Assembly (NCBI RefSeq): GCF_002087085.1
Contig: NZ_MWQY01000001.1
Coordinates: forward strand, 248,001-312,000
Reading direction: 5' to 3'
Length of the DNA stretch: 64,000 bases
Under the pieces are notes generated by a model, which was not told the DNA's origin, ran no database searches, and worked only from the letters and a program-made list of their open reading frames with translations. Positions 38,678-48,893 of this stretch are shown here, one piece after another. Numbering within the stretch: position 1 is the stretch's first letter; every line of letters starts with the position of its first letter. The position numbers and the translations under genes were made by a program.

Positions 38678-39364
38678 ATGACAAAAAATGAGATCTTGAA
38701 TGATCTGCGGGAAAAAATACTGACTGAAGTCTATGAGCAGGGGGAATCCCTGATCGAGCGGGAGTTGTGTGAATTTTATGAAATCAGCAGAACTCCCATA
38801 CGGGAGATCCTCTGGCGCCTGGTGCTCGAAGGCATTGTAGAGCAGAAACCCTCCCGGGGGTTTTTTGTCCGCAAATTGGGCTGGGAGCAGATCTTTGACA
38901 TTTTTCAGGCCCGTGAAGCTATTGAAGGCATGGCTGTACGGCTGACCTGCCAGCGCGGCGATGTTCAGATATTCGAAAGGTTAACGGCACTGCGAAAAAG
39001 ACTGTTCAGCCTGGACGATACAAATATGGCGGAAGAGGGGCCGAAAGCGGGCCGGCTGTTTCATGAGACGGTCATGGAAGGCTCCTCAAACGCGCTTTTA
39101 AAGGAAATCTATCAGAAAGTCAGCTATATGGCGAAAATGACGAGCAATATTGCGCGGCATTCTGTATCAATAGAAACTCTTTCCAGGGATTATCATGTCT
39201 CTATCATTGATTCTATTCTCTCCGGTGATCCCGATAAAAGTGAATCCCTCATGCGGGAGCATCTGCGAACTACATGCAGAGGAATACTTGATACGTTTTA
39301 TCCCCAGGTCTTTGTTCCCCGGGGCAGTAATGGAAAAAGCAGAAAAGAAATTGAAAATCGGTAA
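38678..39364 (+). CDS. GntR family (FCD) regulator
   Basis: ERELCEFYEISRTPIRE HTH; FH...H...H FCD domain. Confidence 0.93.
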   Translation: MTKNEILNDLREKILTEVYEQGESLIERELCEFYEISRTPIREILWRLVLEGIVEQKPSRGFFVRKLGWEQIFDIFQAREAIEGMAVRLTCQRGDVQIFERLTALRKRLFSLDDTNMAEEGPKAGRLFHETVMEGSSNALLKEIYQKVSYMAKMTSNIARHSVSIETLSRDYHVSIIDSILSGDPDKSESLMREHLRTTCRGILDTFYPQVFVPRGSNGKSRKEIENR

Positions 39365-39422
39365 TTGAAAGCTGTACAGCAGGATTCTGTAGAGGCTTTA
39401 CAATATATCAGGAGGAGCAAAA

Positions 39423-40178
39423 ATGGCAGTAAAGGAACTGCGGGAAGGTAAAAAAATTATTGGAACAATGGTCAGGATGATGAGAAATCCTGCTGTTGCA
39501 CAGATTGCGAAACACGCCGGGCTCGATTTTATCATGTTTGATATGGAACACGGCCCTCTCTCCATTGAATCCTTTTCCGATGTGGCAAAGGTGGCCCGGT
39601 CCGTGGGGCTGGGAATTTTTGTACGTATACCGGAATTATCCAAGGGATATGTTTCCCGCCTCATGGACGCCGGTGCCGATGGAATCATGTGCCCCATGCT
39701 GAGTACTGAAGAAGAAGCGAAGACCCTTGTAAAGTATTCCCGTTATGCTCCCGTCGGAGGCCGGGGATTCGGAAGCAATGGTGTTTTCACCTCTTTCGGG
39801 GGAGTCAAGACTGACGTGCCGACCTTCATGAAGGAACAGAACCAGGCAACCCTGGCTATCGCCCAGATCGAGACCAAGGAAGCAGTGGAAAACATCGACA
39901 AGATTGCGGCTGTGGACGGCATCGATGTTCTTCTCATCGGCCCCAACGACCTGGCAATTTCTCTCGGTGTTCCCGGAGATACAATGTGCGAGACCAACCA
40001 GGCCGCTATCGCCAAGGTCGTCGCTGCCGCCAAGAAACATAACAAGTACTTTGCTCTCCATGCAGGCGGGGCGCTCTTCGACAAGTGGCTTCCGGATATG
40101 GATATGGTAATGAATGATCTGGATATCAATATTCTCAGCAGCGGTTTTGCCGCTATTGCCAAGAAAGTAAAAGGGTAA
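39423..40178 (+). CDS. HpcH/HpaI class II aldolase
   Basis: DMEHG, VR-x-P, G-x-RG, QIET, IGPNDL. Confidence 0.93.
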   Translation: MAVKELREGKKIIGTMVRMMRNPAVAQIAKHAGLDFIMFDMEHGPLSIESFSDVAKVARSVGLGIFVRIPELSKGYVSRLMDAGADGIMCPMLSTEEEAKTLVKYSRYAPVGGRGFGSNGVFTSFGGVKTDVPTFMKEQNQATLAIAQIETKEAVENIDKIAAVDGIDVLLIGPNDLAISLGVPGDTMCETNQAAIAKVVAAAKKHNKYFALHAGGALFDKWLPDMDMVMNDLDINILSSGFAAIAKKVKG

Positions 40179-40188
40179 GGAGCATATA

Positions 40189-41157
40189 ATGGCTGCATAC
40201 AAGGTTTTAATCCCGCAGGACATTATGGAAGAAGGCAAAGCCTATCTTCGGGATAAAGGCTATGAGATAAAAATGGGCAGCGGTATCACCGTGGAAGATA
40301 TCGTTAAGGATGTTGCTGACTGTGATGCCATTCTTGCCAGGACTGCACCTTTTCCCGCAGAGGTGCTGGAAGCAGGTAAAAAACTCAAGGTTATCGGACG
40401 CCACGGTGTCGGCGTGGATAATATTGACGTTAAAAAAGCCGAGGAGATGGGAATCTGGGTGACAAACGCACCGGAATCCAATTCGAACACCGTTGCCGAG
40501 CACGCTCTTGGTCTCATTATAGCTCTTGCCCACAACATCGTACGAAGCGACAAGGCCTTCAGGGCGGGAGATTTCGAAATCAGAAACCGGGTAAAGGGAA
40601 GCGACCTGGAAGGCAAGGTCCTTGGTGTTCTGGGCATGGGAAAGATCGGTCGTCTTGTGGCGCAAAAAGCCTACCACGGACTTGGCATGAAGGTCTTCGG
40701 ATATGATCCATATCTTAAGGCTGATGAGTTTCCTCAGTGGGTTACAAAGGTCGATGATTGGGATGAGATCTTCAGGTCCTCCGATTATCTGACAATCCAT
40801 ATTCCCGCCACCCCCAAGACCAAGAACTCCATAGGTGCAAAGGAGTTCGGTCTGATGAAAAAGAGCGCCTGCATAATCAATGCTGCCAGGGGTGAGGTCG
40901 TTGATGAACCTGCCCTTGTAGAGGCTCTGAAAAAGGGCGAGATTGCCGGCGCCGGTCTTGATGTGTTTGCCGAAGAGCCGCCTGTCAAGGACCATCCCTT
41001 CTTCAGTATGGATAATGTCGTCGTGACTCCCCATAACGCTGCACTCACAACCGAGTGTATGATCAGAATGGCTACTCACGCGGCCCAGGGAATCGATGAA
41101 GCCCTCAACGGGAAAAAGCCGACCTGGCCGGTTAACAACCCTTCGAATCCCAGATAA
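40189..41157 (+). CDS. D-2-hydroxyacid dehydrogenase (SerA-like)
   Basis: GVGVDNID, GMGKIG, INAARG, DVFAEEP, TPH. Confidence 0.93.
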   Translation: MAAYKVLIPQDIMEEGKAYLRDKGYEIKMGSGITVEDIVKDVADCDAILARTAPFPAEVLEAGKKLKVIGRHGVGVDNIDVKKAEEMGIWVTNAPESNSNTVAEHALGLIIALAHNIVRSDKAFRAGDFEIRNRVKGSDLEGKVLGVLGMGKIGRLVAQKAYHGLGMKVFGYDPYLKADEFPQWVTKVDDWDEIFRSSDYLTIHIPATPKTKNSIGAKEFGLMKKSACIINAARGEVVDEPALVEALKKGEIAGAGLDVFAEEPPVKDHPFFSMDNVVVTPHNAALTTECMIRMATHAAQGIDEALNGKKPTWPVNNPSNPR

Positions 41158-41170
41158 TACGGTAATCCGG

Positions 41171-41192
41171 GGGACTTCCTTCGGGGAGTCCC
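41171..41192 (+). other. UUCG tetraloop hairpin (stabiliser or terminator)
   Basis: GGGACTTCC-TTCG-GGGAGTCCC. Confidence 0.5.
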
Positions 41193-41271
41193 ATATTGAA
41201 AACAGGGGAGGGTTTTCCGAACCTGTTTTTTTTGTTACCCTACAAGAGATTAATTTTACAGGAGTTATTTT

Positions 41272-42540
41272 ATGGACTATCGAAAAACAGCAGAAGGCCT
41301 GCTCAAGGAGTTCAAGGGCGATAATTATCTCTATGGCAGAGATGTCCTTGGAGACGTGGGTAAGGTAGCCGCTGCTGTTGGTAAAACAGCAGTATTCGTT
41401 TGCGACAAATTCCCCGGAAGTGACGAGCATATTGAAAAAATACGCAAGTCCCTGACGGATGCGGGCGTGACCATCGCAAAGGAAGAGGCAGGAGCAGGAC
41501 CCAACGCACCCCGTGAAGACCTCAGCAGGATCACCAGGGCCATAGTTGACGCCAACCCCGACGTGCTCGTAAGTTTCGGCGGCGGAAGCACGATTGACGC
41601 AGTAAAATCCGCAGAGGTTCTGCGCACCCTCGGCGGGGATATCGAAGACTATTTCGGAACCGGACAGGTGACTGCCGTAGTGGAAAAGAGCGGAAAAAAG
41701 CTTACCCCCCACATCGCCATTCAGACTGCTGCAAGCTCCGGTGCGCATCTGACAAAGTACTCAAACATCACCGACCTTAAAACCGGTCAGAAAAAGCTGG
41801 TTGTTGATGAAGCCATCGTTCCCCAGTTTCCTGTTTTTGATTTTTCCGTTACCTATGGCGCTCCCAAGAGCCTGATTATGGACGGAGCACTGGACGGAAT
41901 TGCCCACTGTCTTGAAGTACTGTATGGTGCAGTCGGAAACCCGAACTACGATAAGGTCGAAAAGATTGCCGAGGCCGGTATCGGGCTGGTAGTCGAAAAT
42001 CTTCCCAGAGTTATCGATAATCCCGATGACCTCGATGCCCGGGACGCCCTGTGTCTCGCCACTGATATGGGCGGATACGCCATCATGGTCGGTGGAACCA
42101 ACGGTGCTCACCTGACCAGCTTCTCCCTTATCGACATCCTGAGCCATGGCCGGGCCTGTGCCATGATGAATCCCTACTACACCGTATTCTTTGCCCCGGC
42201 CATCGAAAAATCCCTGAAGCTCGTTGGCGGTATCTATGAAAAGGCCGGCCTGCTCAAGGGCGATCTTTTTTCCCTTACCGGCCGCGACCTCGGGGTAGCG
42301 GTAGCAGAAGCAATGCTCGAGCTTTCCCGGAAGATCGGTTTCCCTGTAAAGCTGTCTGAGGTTGAAGGTTTTACCCAGGCCCATATCGACCGCTGTCTTA
42401 CCGCGGCCAAAAACCCGCAGCTGAAGATGAAGCTTGAGAACATGCCGACCCCGATGACTGCAGATCAGATCGACGTCTATATGGGATCCGTTCTTGAAGC
42501 AGCAAAGACCGGAGATTTCTCGGTTATAAAAAACCTGTAA
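41272..42540 (+). CDS. Iron-containing alcohol dehydrogenase family protein
   Basis: GGGSTID, DGIAHCLE, H...SHG metal ligands. Confidence 0.88.
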   Translation: MDYRKTAEGLLKEFKGDNYLYGRDVLGDVGKVAAAVGKTAVFVCDKFPGSDEHIEKIRKSLTDAGVTIAKEEAGAGPNAPREDLSRITRAIVDANPDVLVSFGGGSTIDAVKSAEVLRTLGGDIEDYFGTGQVTAVVEKSGKKLTPHIAIQTAASSGAHLTKYSNITDLKTGQKKLVVDEAIVPQFPVFDFSVTYGAPKSLIMDGALDGIAHCLEVLYGAVGNPNYDKVEKIAEAGIGLVVENLPRVIDNPDDLDARDALCLATDMGGYAIMVGGTNGAHLTSFSLIDILSHGRACAMMNPYYTVFFAPAIEKSLKLVGGIYEKAGLLKGDLFSLTGRDLGVAVAEAMLELSRKIGFPVKLSEVEGFTQAHIDRCLTAAKNPQLKMKLENMPTPMTADQIDVYMGSVLEAAKTGDFSVIKNL

Positions 42541-42564
42541 ACTCCAGGATGAGCGATTATTCCC

Positions 42565-42599
42565 GGCCTGCCGCCCTCAGCGTGGCAGGCCTTTTTTTT
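42565..42599 (+). terminator. Rho-independent terminator
   Basis: GGCCTGCCGC / GTGGCAGGCC stem followed by T8. Confidence 0.85.
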
Positions 42600-42622
42600 G
42601 ATGGTATGATATAATCCTCCCC

Positions 42623-44512
42623 GTGAATATTCTATTTATCGCACCCTATCTGGATCTTGTTAAAACTGCCGGAGAGACCCTGAAGGATTCCCCGTACCAG
42701 GTTAAAGTCCTTTTGGGGGATTTGGAAAAGGGGCTTCAGATCGCCCACGATGAACTTGTCCGCAGTCAGGTTGATGTAATAGTGAGCCGCGGAGGGACCG
42801 CCTCACTTTTACGGCAGAACCTTCAGATTCCGGTTTTTGAGATCGACGTTACAGCTTTTGACCTGCTGCGGGTGGTTTACCCATACGTAAAGAGGGGCAG
42901 CAAAGTCGCTGTTGTAGGCTATGAGAATGTAGTCAGCGGCGCACGGAGTCTTGCGGAAATCCTCGGGGTGGAACTTGGGTATTTTCTGGTCCAGCACCGG
43001 GAAAAAATCGACAGCGTGCTCGATAGGGTCAAGAACTGGGGTGCGGATATTCTGATCGGCGATACCGTATCGATAACGACGGCCCAGGGCAGAAATATCA
43101 ATTGCGAGCTGGTGCGTTCCGGACCGGAGGCCATAAGGGCCACGGTCGAAGCCGCCGCCAGGTTTTATGACCATATGCACGAAGGCATTGTCCGCAGCAA
43201 CAGGCTGCATACGATTCTGGAGCATACCGACAAAGGGGTTATCTACCTCGACTCGGAAGATACCATTGAAATTATAAACTCAAAGGCGGAAAAGATCCTC
43301 GGAGTCAGCCGGTACAGGCTGACCGGAACGAAGATAAGCTCAGATTTAATACCCGGCCAGATCGGCGAATCAGTTCACGGCAAGAACAGGAACCGTCTTA
43401 TACAGATCGACGGCAAGGATTTTTTACTGGAGGTCTCGGCAGTCCGGGTGGATGGGATCCGGGAGGCGACGCTGCTGTTTCTCCAGAGTACGGGATACTA
43501 CCATGATATGGAAGGAATGATACGACAGCAGCTGACGAGCAGAGGACTTATTGCGAATGATACCTTTGACTCCATAGTAGCCCGCAGCAAGATCATGTTA
43601 AAGACCGTTGAACGCGCCAGACGTTTCAGCAGAACAGACTCCACGGTCCTGCTCCTGGGAGAAACAGGCTGCGGAAAAGAAATTTTCGCCCAGAGCATTC
43701 ACAATGCCTCTCCCCGTAGTGACGGGCCTTTTATCGGAGTCAACTGTGCAGCTTTACCGGACAGTCTCCTGGAAAGTGAACTCTTTGGTTACGCGGAAGG
43801 TGCCTTTACCGGCGCACGTAAGGGAGGAAAGCCGGGGCTTTTTGAACTGGCCCATAAGGGTACTATATTTCTGGACGAAGTGAATGATATGAGCAATGCC
43901 GTTCAGGCCCGCTTTCTGCGGGTCCTTCAGGAAAAGAAGCTTATGCGAATCGGGGACAACAAGATTTTTGATATAGATATCAGGATTATCGCTGCGAGCA
44001 ACAAGGATCTGCTGGAGGAAGCTGAAGCGGGAAGGTTCCGAAAGGATCTCTATTACCGGCTCAAAATCCTGGATATTGAGATTCCGCCCCTCCGCAAACG
44101 GGCTGAGGATATAGTACCCCTTTTCGCGGCCTTCTATTCAACAGCGAAAAACAGGAACTCCGTTCCCGTGGACTGTATATCCGACAAACTCTATGAAGTG
44201 ATGATCCAGTATCCATGGCCGGGTAACGTGAGACAACTGCGCAATTTTGCCGAAAAAGTCGCTGTTCTGACCTCCCTGGAGGAGGAGCGGGAAGAAGTCT
44301 ATCTTGATCTGATTGATGAGCTGAAGTCAGAGCATTCCATAAAAACATATTCCGCCGCGAAAAGTACCGACGGCGAGGCAAAAACTCTGCGGGAGATCGA
44401 GGAGGAGATTATCCGGCAACGCTGGGAATTGAACGACCGAAACGTTTCCCGTACAGCCAGGGAGCTGGGAATCGACCGTGTCACCCTTCGCAAGAAACTG
44501 GCCTTGAAATAA
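42623..44512 (+). CDS. PrpR-like sigma54-interacting regulator (PrpR_N, PAS, AAA+, Fis HTH)
   Basis: SRGGTA, GETGCGKE, ESELFG, GAFTGA, FLDE, WPGNVRQL, C-terminal HTH. Confidence 0.93.
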   Translation: MNILFIAPYLDLVKTAGETLKDSPYQVKVLLGDLEKGLQIAHDELVRSQVDVIVSRGGTASLLRQNLQIPVFEIDVTAFDLLRVVYPYVKRGSKVAVVGYENVVSGARSLAEILGVELGYFLVQHREKIDSVLDRVKNWGADILIGDTVSITTAQGRNINCELVRSGPEAIRATVEAAARFYDHMHEGIVRSNRLHTILEHTDKGVIYLDSEDTIEIINSKAEKILGVSRYRLTGTKISSDLIPGQIGESVHGKNRNRLIQIDGKDFLLEVSAVRVDGIREATLLFLQSTGYYHDMEGMIRQQLTSRGLIANDTFDSIVARSKIMLKTVERARRFSRTDSTVLLLGETGCGKEIFAQSIHNASPRSDGPFIGVNCAALPDSLLESELFGYAEGAFTGARKGGKPGLFELAHKGTIFLDEVNDMSNAVQARFLRVLQEKKLMRIGDNKIFDIDIRIIAASNKDLLEEAEAGRFRKDLYYRLKILDIEIPPLRKRAEDIVPLFAAFYSTAKNRNSVPVDCISDKLYEVMIQYPWPGNVRQLRNFAEKVAVLTSLEEEREEVYLDLIDELKSEHSIKTYSAAKSTDGEAKTLREIEEEIIRQRWELNDRNVSRTARELGIDRVTLRKKLALK

Positions 44513-44537
44513 GGCGGGATACGGCTGTACCCCGCCT
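44512..44537. terminator. Hairpin between convergent genes
   Basis: AGGCGGGATAC / GTACCCCGCCT. Confidence 0.55.
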
Positions 44538-44561
44538 GAAGCCAGACCTTCACCGGACTTT

Positions 44562-45842
44562 CTACAGGTAACCTGTAATGCGCGGAAGAAAGAGAACCAT
44601 ATCCGGCAAGTAGGTGATCATAAGAAGTACGACAATCTCTATTCCGATAAACGGCATTGCGGCCCTGGCGATCTTTTCAAAGCGAACTCCGGCAATGGGG
44701 GCTGCTGTAAACAGGCAGACACCCAGGGGGGGGGTTGTCAATCCAATATTCAGGTTGACCAGCATGATCAGCGCAAAGTGCAGTGAATTGATTCCGTACA
44801 GCTGGGCAATCGGAAGGAGAATCGGTGCCAGAAGAATTACATTGGCTCCGGTTTCAAGGATCATGCCCATAAACAGCAGAAATACATTGATGATCAGCAG
44901 GAACATATACTTGTTCGTGGTCAGGTTCACCATGAACTCCGCCAGAGCCTCGGGTATCTTTTCAATGGTAAGCACAGTTGAAAAGAGGGTCGCCGTGGTG
45001 ATTATAAGAAGAATTACTCCGGAGGTTATGGCGCTTTTGCCGAAGCTGGCGATGATGTCTTTTAACGAAAGGTTTCTGAAAACAAAAACGCCGACAATAA
45101 GCGCGTATGCACAGGCAACGGCAGCTGCTTCCGTCGGGGTAAAGACACCGGAGAGAATACCGCCTACGATAATCAGGGGGCACAGGAGCCCCAGCAGGGA
45201 GTTCTTTGTAGTTACGTATAATTCCCGTGCGGGCATTCTGGTTTTACGGCGGGGATGCTTGTATTTCAAGGCGAACAGCAGTGCGACGAGCATCAGGCCA
45301 AGACCGATGAGGAGACCGGGAACAAAACCACCGATAAAGAGGGCTCCCACGGACTCCATTGTTGCCGTGGCGTAGATTACCACAATAATGCTGGGCGGGA
45401 TTATAGGGCCGATGATTGAAGAAGTTGTTGTCACTGCGGCTGCGTACTCGGGAGAATAGCCCTCTTTTTTCATGGCGGGTATAAGAAGAGAGCCGATAGC
45501 AGCGGTATCCGCGACTGCCGCCCCGGTAAGTCCTGCAAAGAAGATACTGGTTACTATGTTGACCTGGGCCAGAGCACCAGGGATTCGACCAACCAGGGCT
45601 TTGGCAAAGCTTACCAGATCGTCTGTTATCCGTGTACGGTTCATCAGTTCCCCGGCAAGAACGAAAAAGGGTATTGCCAGGAGTACATAGTTATCCGTAC
45701 CTGTGTATAATTTCTGACCGATAACCGCGAGGGGGATGTTGCCGAAAAAGAGAAAGTATATAAGTGACGAGATTCCCAGTACGAAGGCGATGGGAACATT
45801 CAGAAGCATAAGTATGATAAAGGATGAAAAAACCAGTGCCAT
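44562..45842 (-). CDS. dctM: TRAP transporter large permease
   Basis: LLAIPFF, IIPPSI, FTPTEAA, GLTTPPLG. Confidence 0.95.
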   Translation of the reverse strand: MALVFSSFIILMLLNVPIAFVLGISSLIYFLFFGNIPLAVIGQKLYTGTDNYVLLAIPFFVLAGELMNRTRITDDLVSFAKALVGRIPGALAQVNIVTSIFFAGLTGAAVADTAAIGSLLIPAMKKEGYSPEYAAAVTTTSSIIGPIIPPSIIVVIYATATMESVGALFIGGFVPGLLIGLGLMLVALLFALKYKHPRRKTRMPARELYVTTKNSLLGLLCPLIIVGGILSGVFTPTEAAAVACAYALIVGVFVFRNLSLKDIIASFGKSAITSGVILLIITTATLFSTVLTIEKIPEALAEFMVNLTTNKYMFLLIINVFLLFMGMILETGANVILLAPILLPIAQLYGINSLHFALIMLVNLNIGLTTPPLGVCLFTAAPIAGVRFEKIARAAMPFIGIEIVVLLMITYLPDMVLFLPRITGYL

Positions 45843-46385
45843 CTATTCACTCTCCTCCGGGAAGAATTGGGATATCATATGCGATAAAGCATGGATTATC
45901 ATAAAGGCAAATCCCAGGGGAATGTTCATTTTAACCCAGAGCATGGAATAGGGGATTACGTCGCCTGTCTGATTTGCAGCCTGAAGTGCAACGATATACG
46001 AAGAATAGAGACAGATGGCCATGAAAATAAGGACCGTGATATCTGTGATAATCGCAACAGCCCGTTTGAGTACCGGTGGAAACAGATCAACAACAAGTTC
46101 AATTCCTATGTGTTCCTTGCGTTTGAATCCTACGCTGGCGCTTAACATCGCGAGACCCACCAGAAGCCAGCGGGCAAGCTCCTCGCTCCAGGGAAAGGGG
46201 CGTACTATATTCAGTCCCAGGTGTGCCTGAAGGGTGAACCCGGTTCGAAGAAGGACACCGGAAAAAACAATAAGAAAAACCGAAACCCCATAAACGATGC
46301 TGATGGTAATTCCAATCTTCTCGCATAGTTCGCTCATTTTTTTAAAGAGTACCTGAACGGCTTTTACTGCTTGTAAACTGCCCAT
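45843..46385 (-). CDS. dctQ: TRAP transporter small permease
   Basis: WSEELAR, HIGIE, 4 TM. Confidence 0.92.
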   Translation of the reverse strand: MGSLQAVKAVQVLFKKMSELCEKIGITISIVYGVSVFLIVFSGVLLRTGFTLQAHLGLNIVRPFPWSEELARWLLVGLAMLSASVGFKRKEHIGIELVVDLFPPVLKRAVAIITDITVLIFMAICLYSSYIVALQAANQTGDVIPYSMLWVKMNIPLGFAFMIIHALSHMISQFFPEESE

Positions 46386-46407
46386 ACAATGTCCTTAAAA
46401 GTTGAAT

Positions 46408-46444
46408 ATCCGACCGCACCGGAGGAGGCCCGGTGCGGTCGGAT
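46408..46444. other. Perfect 15-bp stem hairpin after dctP (stabiliser or attenuating terminator)
   Basis: ATCCGACCGCACCGG / CCGGTGCGGTCGGAT. Confidence 0.65.
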
Positions 46445-46476
46445 GATGAAATTGTCTGAGGTATGCGTGGATAAAA

Positions 46477-47643
46477 TCAGTATCCGATTTCTTTTTCGGC
46501 TTCGGCAATTGCGGCATAGAAATCGTCTACCACCTGGGCACCGACTTCGCCTTTGAGCCATTCCTTTACCGGTTCAACCGCTGCCTTGAACTGTCCCATC
46601 TCGTTCGCGGTGGGAGAGTAGATGTCCATGTTTGCGTTCAGGACGCTGAAATCGGTAATCTTGCTTGCCAGGGCTTCGGATACCCGGTCGGCCCACTGAC
46701 CCTGAAGGGCGGCAACTTTGATGATCTGCTGAATATCAGCGGGGAGTTCGTTGAAGTAATCGTTGTTGATTACAACCATGTTTTCACTCCACACGTGACC
46801 ATCGAGGGTCATGTAATCCTGCACTTCGTACCATTTGTTGGCAGCGATGTTCCATACGGGGTTTTCCTGTCCGTCAACAACACCGGTCTGACAGGCGGTG
46901 TAAATCTCGTTATGAGCCAGGGGCATGGCGGTAGCTCCGAGGGCTTCGACCATCTTGCTGAAAATGGGGGAAGGCATTACGCGGAACTTCATTCCCTTCA
47001 TGTCTGCAGGAGACTTGATGACCTTTTTACTGTTGGTAAAGTGCCGGGTTCCGTTCTGACCCATCCCGAGAACGAGCAGGTTGGATTTTTCTGCCATATC
47101 AGCAACCATGTCTTTCCAGAAGTCGCTCTCATCGAAAACTCTCCAGGCCACCTCATCGGAGCGGAAGGCGTAGGGAAGGCTGAAAACCTGCATCGCCGGG
47201 TAGAAACCTGCAATGGTTCCGGTGGTAATGGCGATTTCCAGGGTTCCGTTCTGAACCATTTCAGTGGCAGCCTTACTCTGCGCCAGGGTTCCGCCGGGAT
47301 ACAGTTCAACCGACGCTACTCCGTTGGACATGCTCTCTACGACACTTTTGAAAAGAAGTGCGTAGGCGTGTTCTGCCTGAGGTTTTTCTCCCATTGCAGG
47401 CCAGGTGCCGGCATCGGTGTAGGCCATACGCATAACGTACTTGGCATCGGGCAGAGCCTTGGTCAGATTCTCGGGTACACTCTTTTTTTCCTGGGCGGGT
47501 TCAGCCGCTTCTGTTTTCTTTGCCTCCATGGCAGCTTTTGCTTCGGCGGCAGAGTCATCGGCGCAACCGACAACCAGTGCGCTCATCATGATAATACTGA
47601 GGGCAAGAATGCCAAGGAATACTTTGCTGATCTTCTTTTGCAT
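46477..47643 (-). CDS. dctP: TRAP substrate-binding lipoprotein
   Basis: Lipobox VVGC; LPYAF, G-x-R, KGMKFRV, VDGQENP. Confidence 0.93.
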   Translation of the reverse strand: MQKKISKVFLGILALSIIMMSALVVGCADDSAAEAKAAMEAKKTEAAEPAQEKKSVPENLTKALPDAKYVMRMAYTDAGTWPAMGEKPQAEHAYALLFKSVVESMSNGVASVELYPGGTLAQSKAATEMVQNGTLEIAITTGTIAGFYPAMQVFSLPYAFRSDEVAWRVFDESDFWKDMVADMAEKSNLLVLGMGQNGTRHFTNSKKVIKSPADMKGMKFRVMPSPIFSKMVEALGATAMPLAHNEIYTACQTGVVDGQENPVWNIAANKWYEVQDYMTLDGHVWSENMVVINNDYFNELPADIQQIIKVAALQGQWADRVSEALASKITDFSVLNANMDIYSPTANEMGQFKAAVEPVKEWLKGEVGAQVVDDFYAAIAEAEKEIGY

Positions 47644-47674
47644 TGACAGCTCCTTTAACGGTAAATATTAGTAA

Positions 47675-47799
47675 CATGTAATACATGCTATAGTGAGTAT
47701 TGTCTCAGTGAAGTTGTTGCTTTGCAAGCTTTTTCTTCAAAAATTCATGCTATTTTACTCGTATCATTGTATACGGTGTTATATGGTATGTAATACAAG
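47675..47799. promoter_or_regulatory. Two putative FadR operators (TGTAATACA core) in a divergent promoter region
   Basis: CATGTAATACATG at 47675-47687 and ATGTAATACAAG at 47788-47799; related copies at 50682-50693 and 51537-51554. Confidence 0.65.
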
Positions 47800-47829
47800 T
47801 TATCACATCAGGAAATATCAGGAGAAGAT

Positions 47830-48849
47830 ATGAACAGCTACGAACGTATGAAAACAGCCCTCGAAAAAGGTCTGCCGGACCGTCCTCCCCTGTTTGAACT
47901 CAGTATAGCTAATTCTGTGATCCAGGGGCTCGGATGCAGGGATTATTTCGATGTAATCGACTCGCTGGATCTCGATGGCATGACCGTCAATCAGGTACTC
48001 TATGAAAAAGAGGATTTTCCCTGGATCGATCCGGTCAAGAGGATCTTCAAAGATAACTGGGGCTGCCGTCTGGCTCTGGGAGAAGAGCCCTTTCCCTTTC
48101 TTCTTGACTGGCCGATTCGGGATGTCGACGATATTTCCCGGTTCTCTACCCCCGATCCCCGGGATGACGGCATGCTCACGTTAATTCCCGAATTTGTACG
48201 ACGCTACAAGGGCAAAAAAATGATAGCTCTCTTGAGTCGAGCGGTATTTGCTACCTCCTGGTATCTGCGGGGAATGGAAAATTTCCTGATGGACCTGGTT
48301 CTGTATCCGGATGCCGCCGCTGAACTGATGGAGAAGGTCGGCAGGTATTACCGTGAATTGCACAGTCTTGCCATCGAAGGCGGGGTCGATCTTATAGTTC
48401 TCGGAGACGATTATGCCAGCAAAACCGGTACTATTATGTCGCCGGTCACCTTTCGTCATATGATCCTTCCCGGACTGTCGGAAACGGTAAGAAACATCAA
48501 GCAGAAGGGCGGGTACTGTATAAAGCATACCGACGGAAATGTCTGGGCAATTATCGAAGACATGGTTTCAACCGGTGCAGATGCCCTGGGGCCGCTGGAG
48601 CTGGAGGCCGGCATGAACCTTGCGGAGGTCCGGGAAAAATACGGCCACAGGGTTGCCGTAATGGGCAACGTGGAGGTTGATCTTTTAAGCCGCGGGGCAA
48701 AGGAGGATATACGCCGGGAGGTGGAAATCCTTCTATCCAGGGTCTCGGCCAAGGGAGGACATATAATGTCTTCCGGGAATTCCATCAGTAACGCCGTCCG
48801 ACCGGAGAATTACCGCTACCTGGTGGAGTTGACGCAGTCAGCAGGGTAG
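47830..48849 (+). CDS. Uroporphyrinogen decarboxylase/MtaA-like superfamily protein
   Basis: MNSYERM...PDRPP, DNWG, LRGMENFLMDL, GDD, MSP, HTDG, MGN, GGHIMS. Confidence 0.88.
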   Translation: MNSYERMKTALEKGLPDRPPLFELSIANSVIQGLGCRDYFDVIDSLDLDGMTVNQVLYEKEDFPWIDPVKRIFKDNWGCRLALGEEPFPFLLDWPIRDVDDISRFSTPDPRDDGMLTLIPEFVRRYKGKKMIALLSRAVFATSWYLRGMENFLMDLVLYPDAAAELMEKVGRYYRELHSLAIEGGVDLIVLGDDYASKTGTIMSPVTFRHMILPGLSETVRNIKQKGGYCIKHTDGNVWAIIEDMVSTGADALGPLELEAGMNLAEVREKYGHRVAVMGNVEVDLLSRGAKEDIRREVEILLSRVSAKGGHIMSSGNSISNAVRPENYRYLVELTQSAG

Positions 48850-48876
48850 AAAAAAGCCCCCGTTCGCCGGGGGCTT
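48850..48876. terminator. Bidirectional terminator
   Basis: AAAAAAGCCCCCG / CGGGGGCTT. Confidence 0.8.
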
Positions 48877-48893
48877 GATGGAATACAAAACCC

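Noticed and set aside
42623..44512. Sigma54 -24/-12 target promoter for the PrpR-like activator
   Set aside because: No convincing TGGCAC-N5-TTGC was found by eye in neighbouring intergenic regions.
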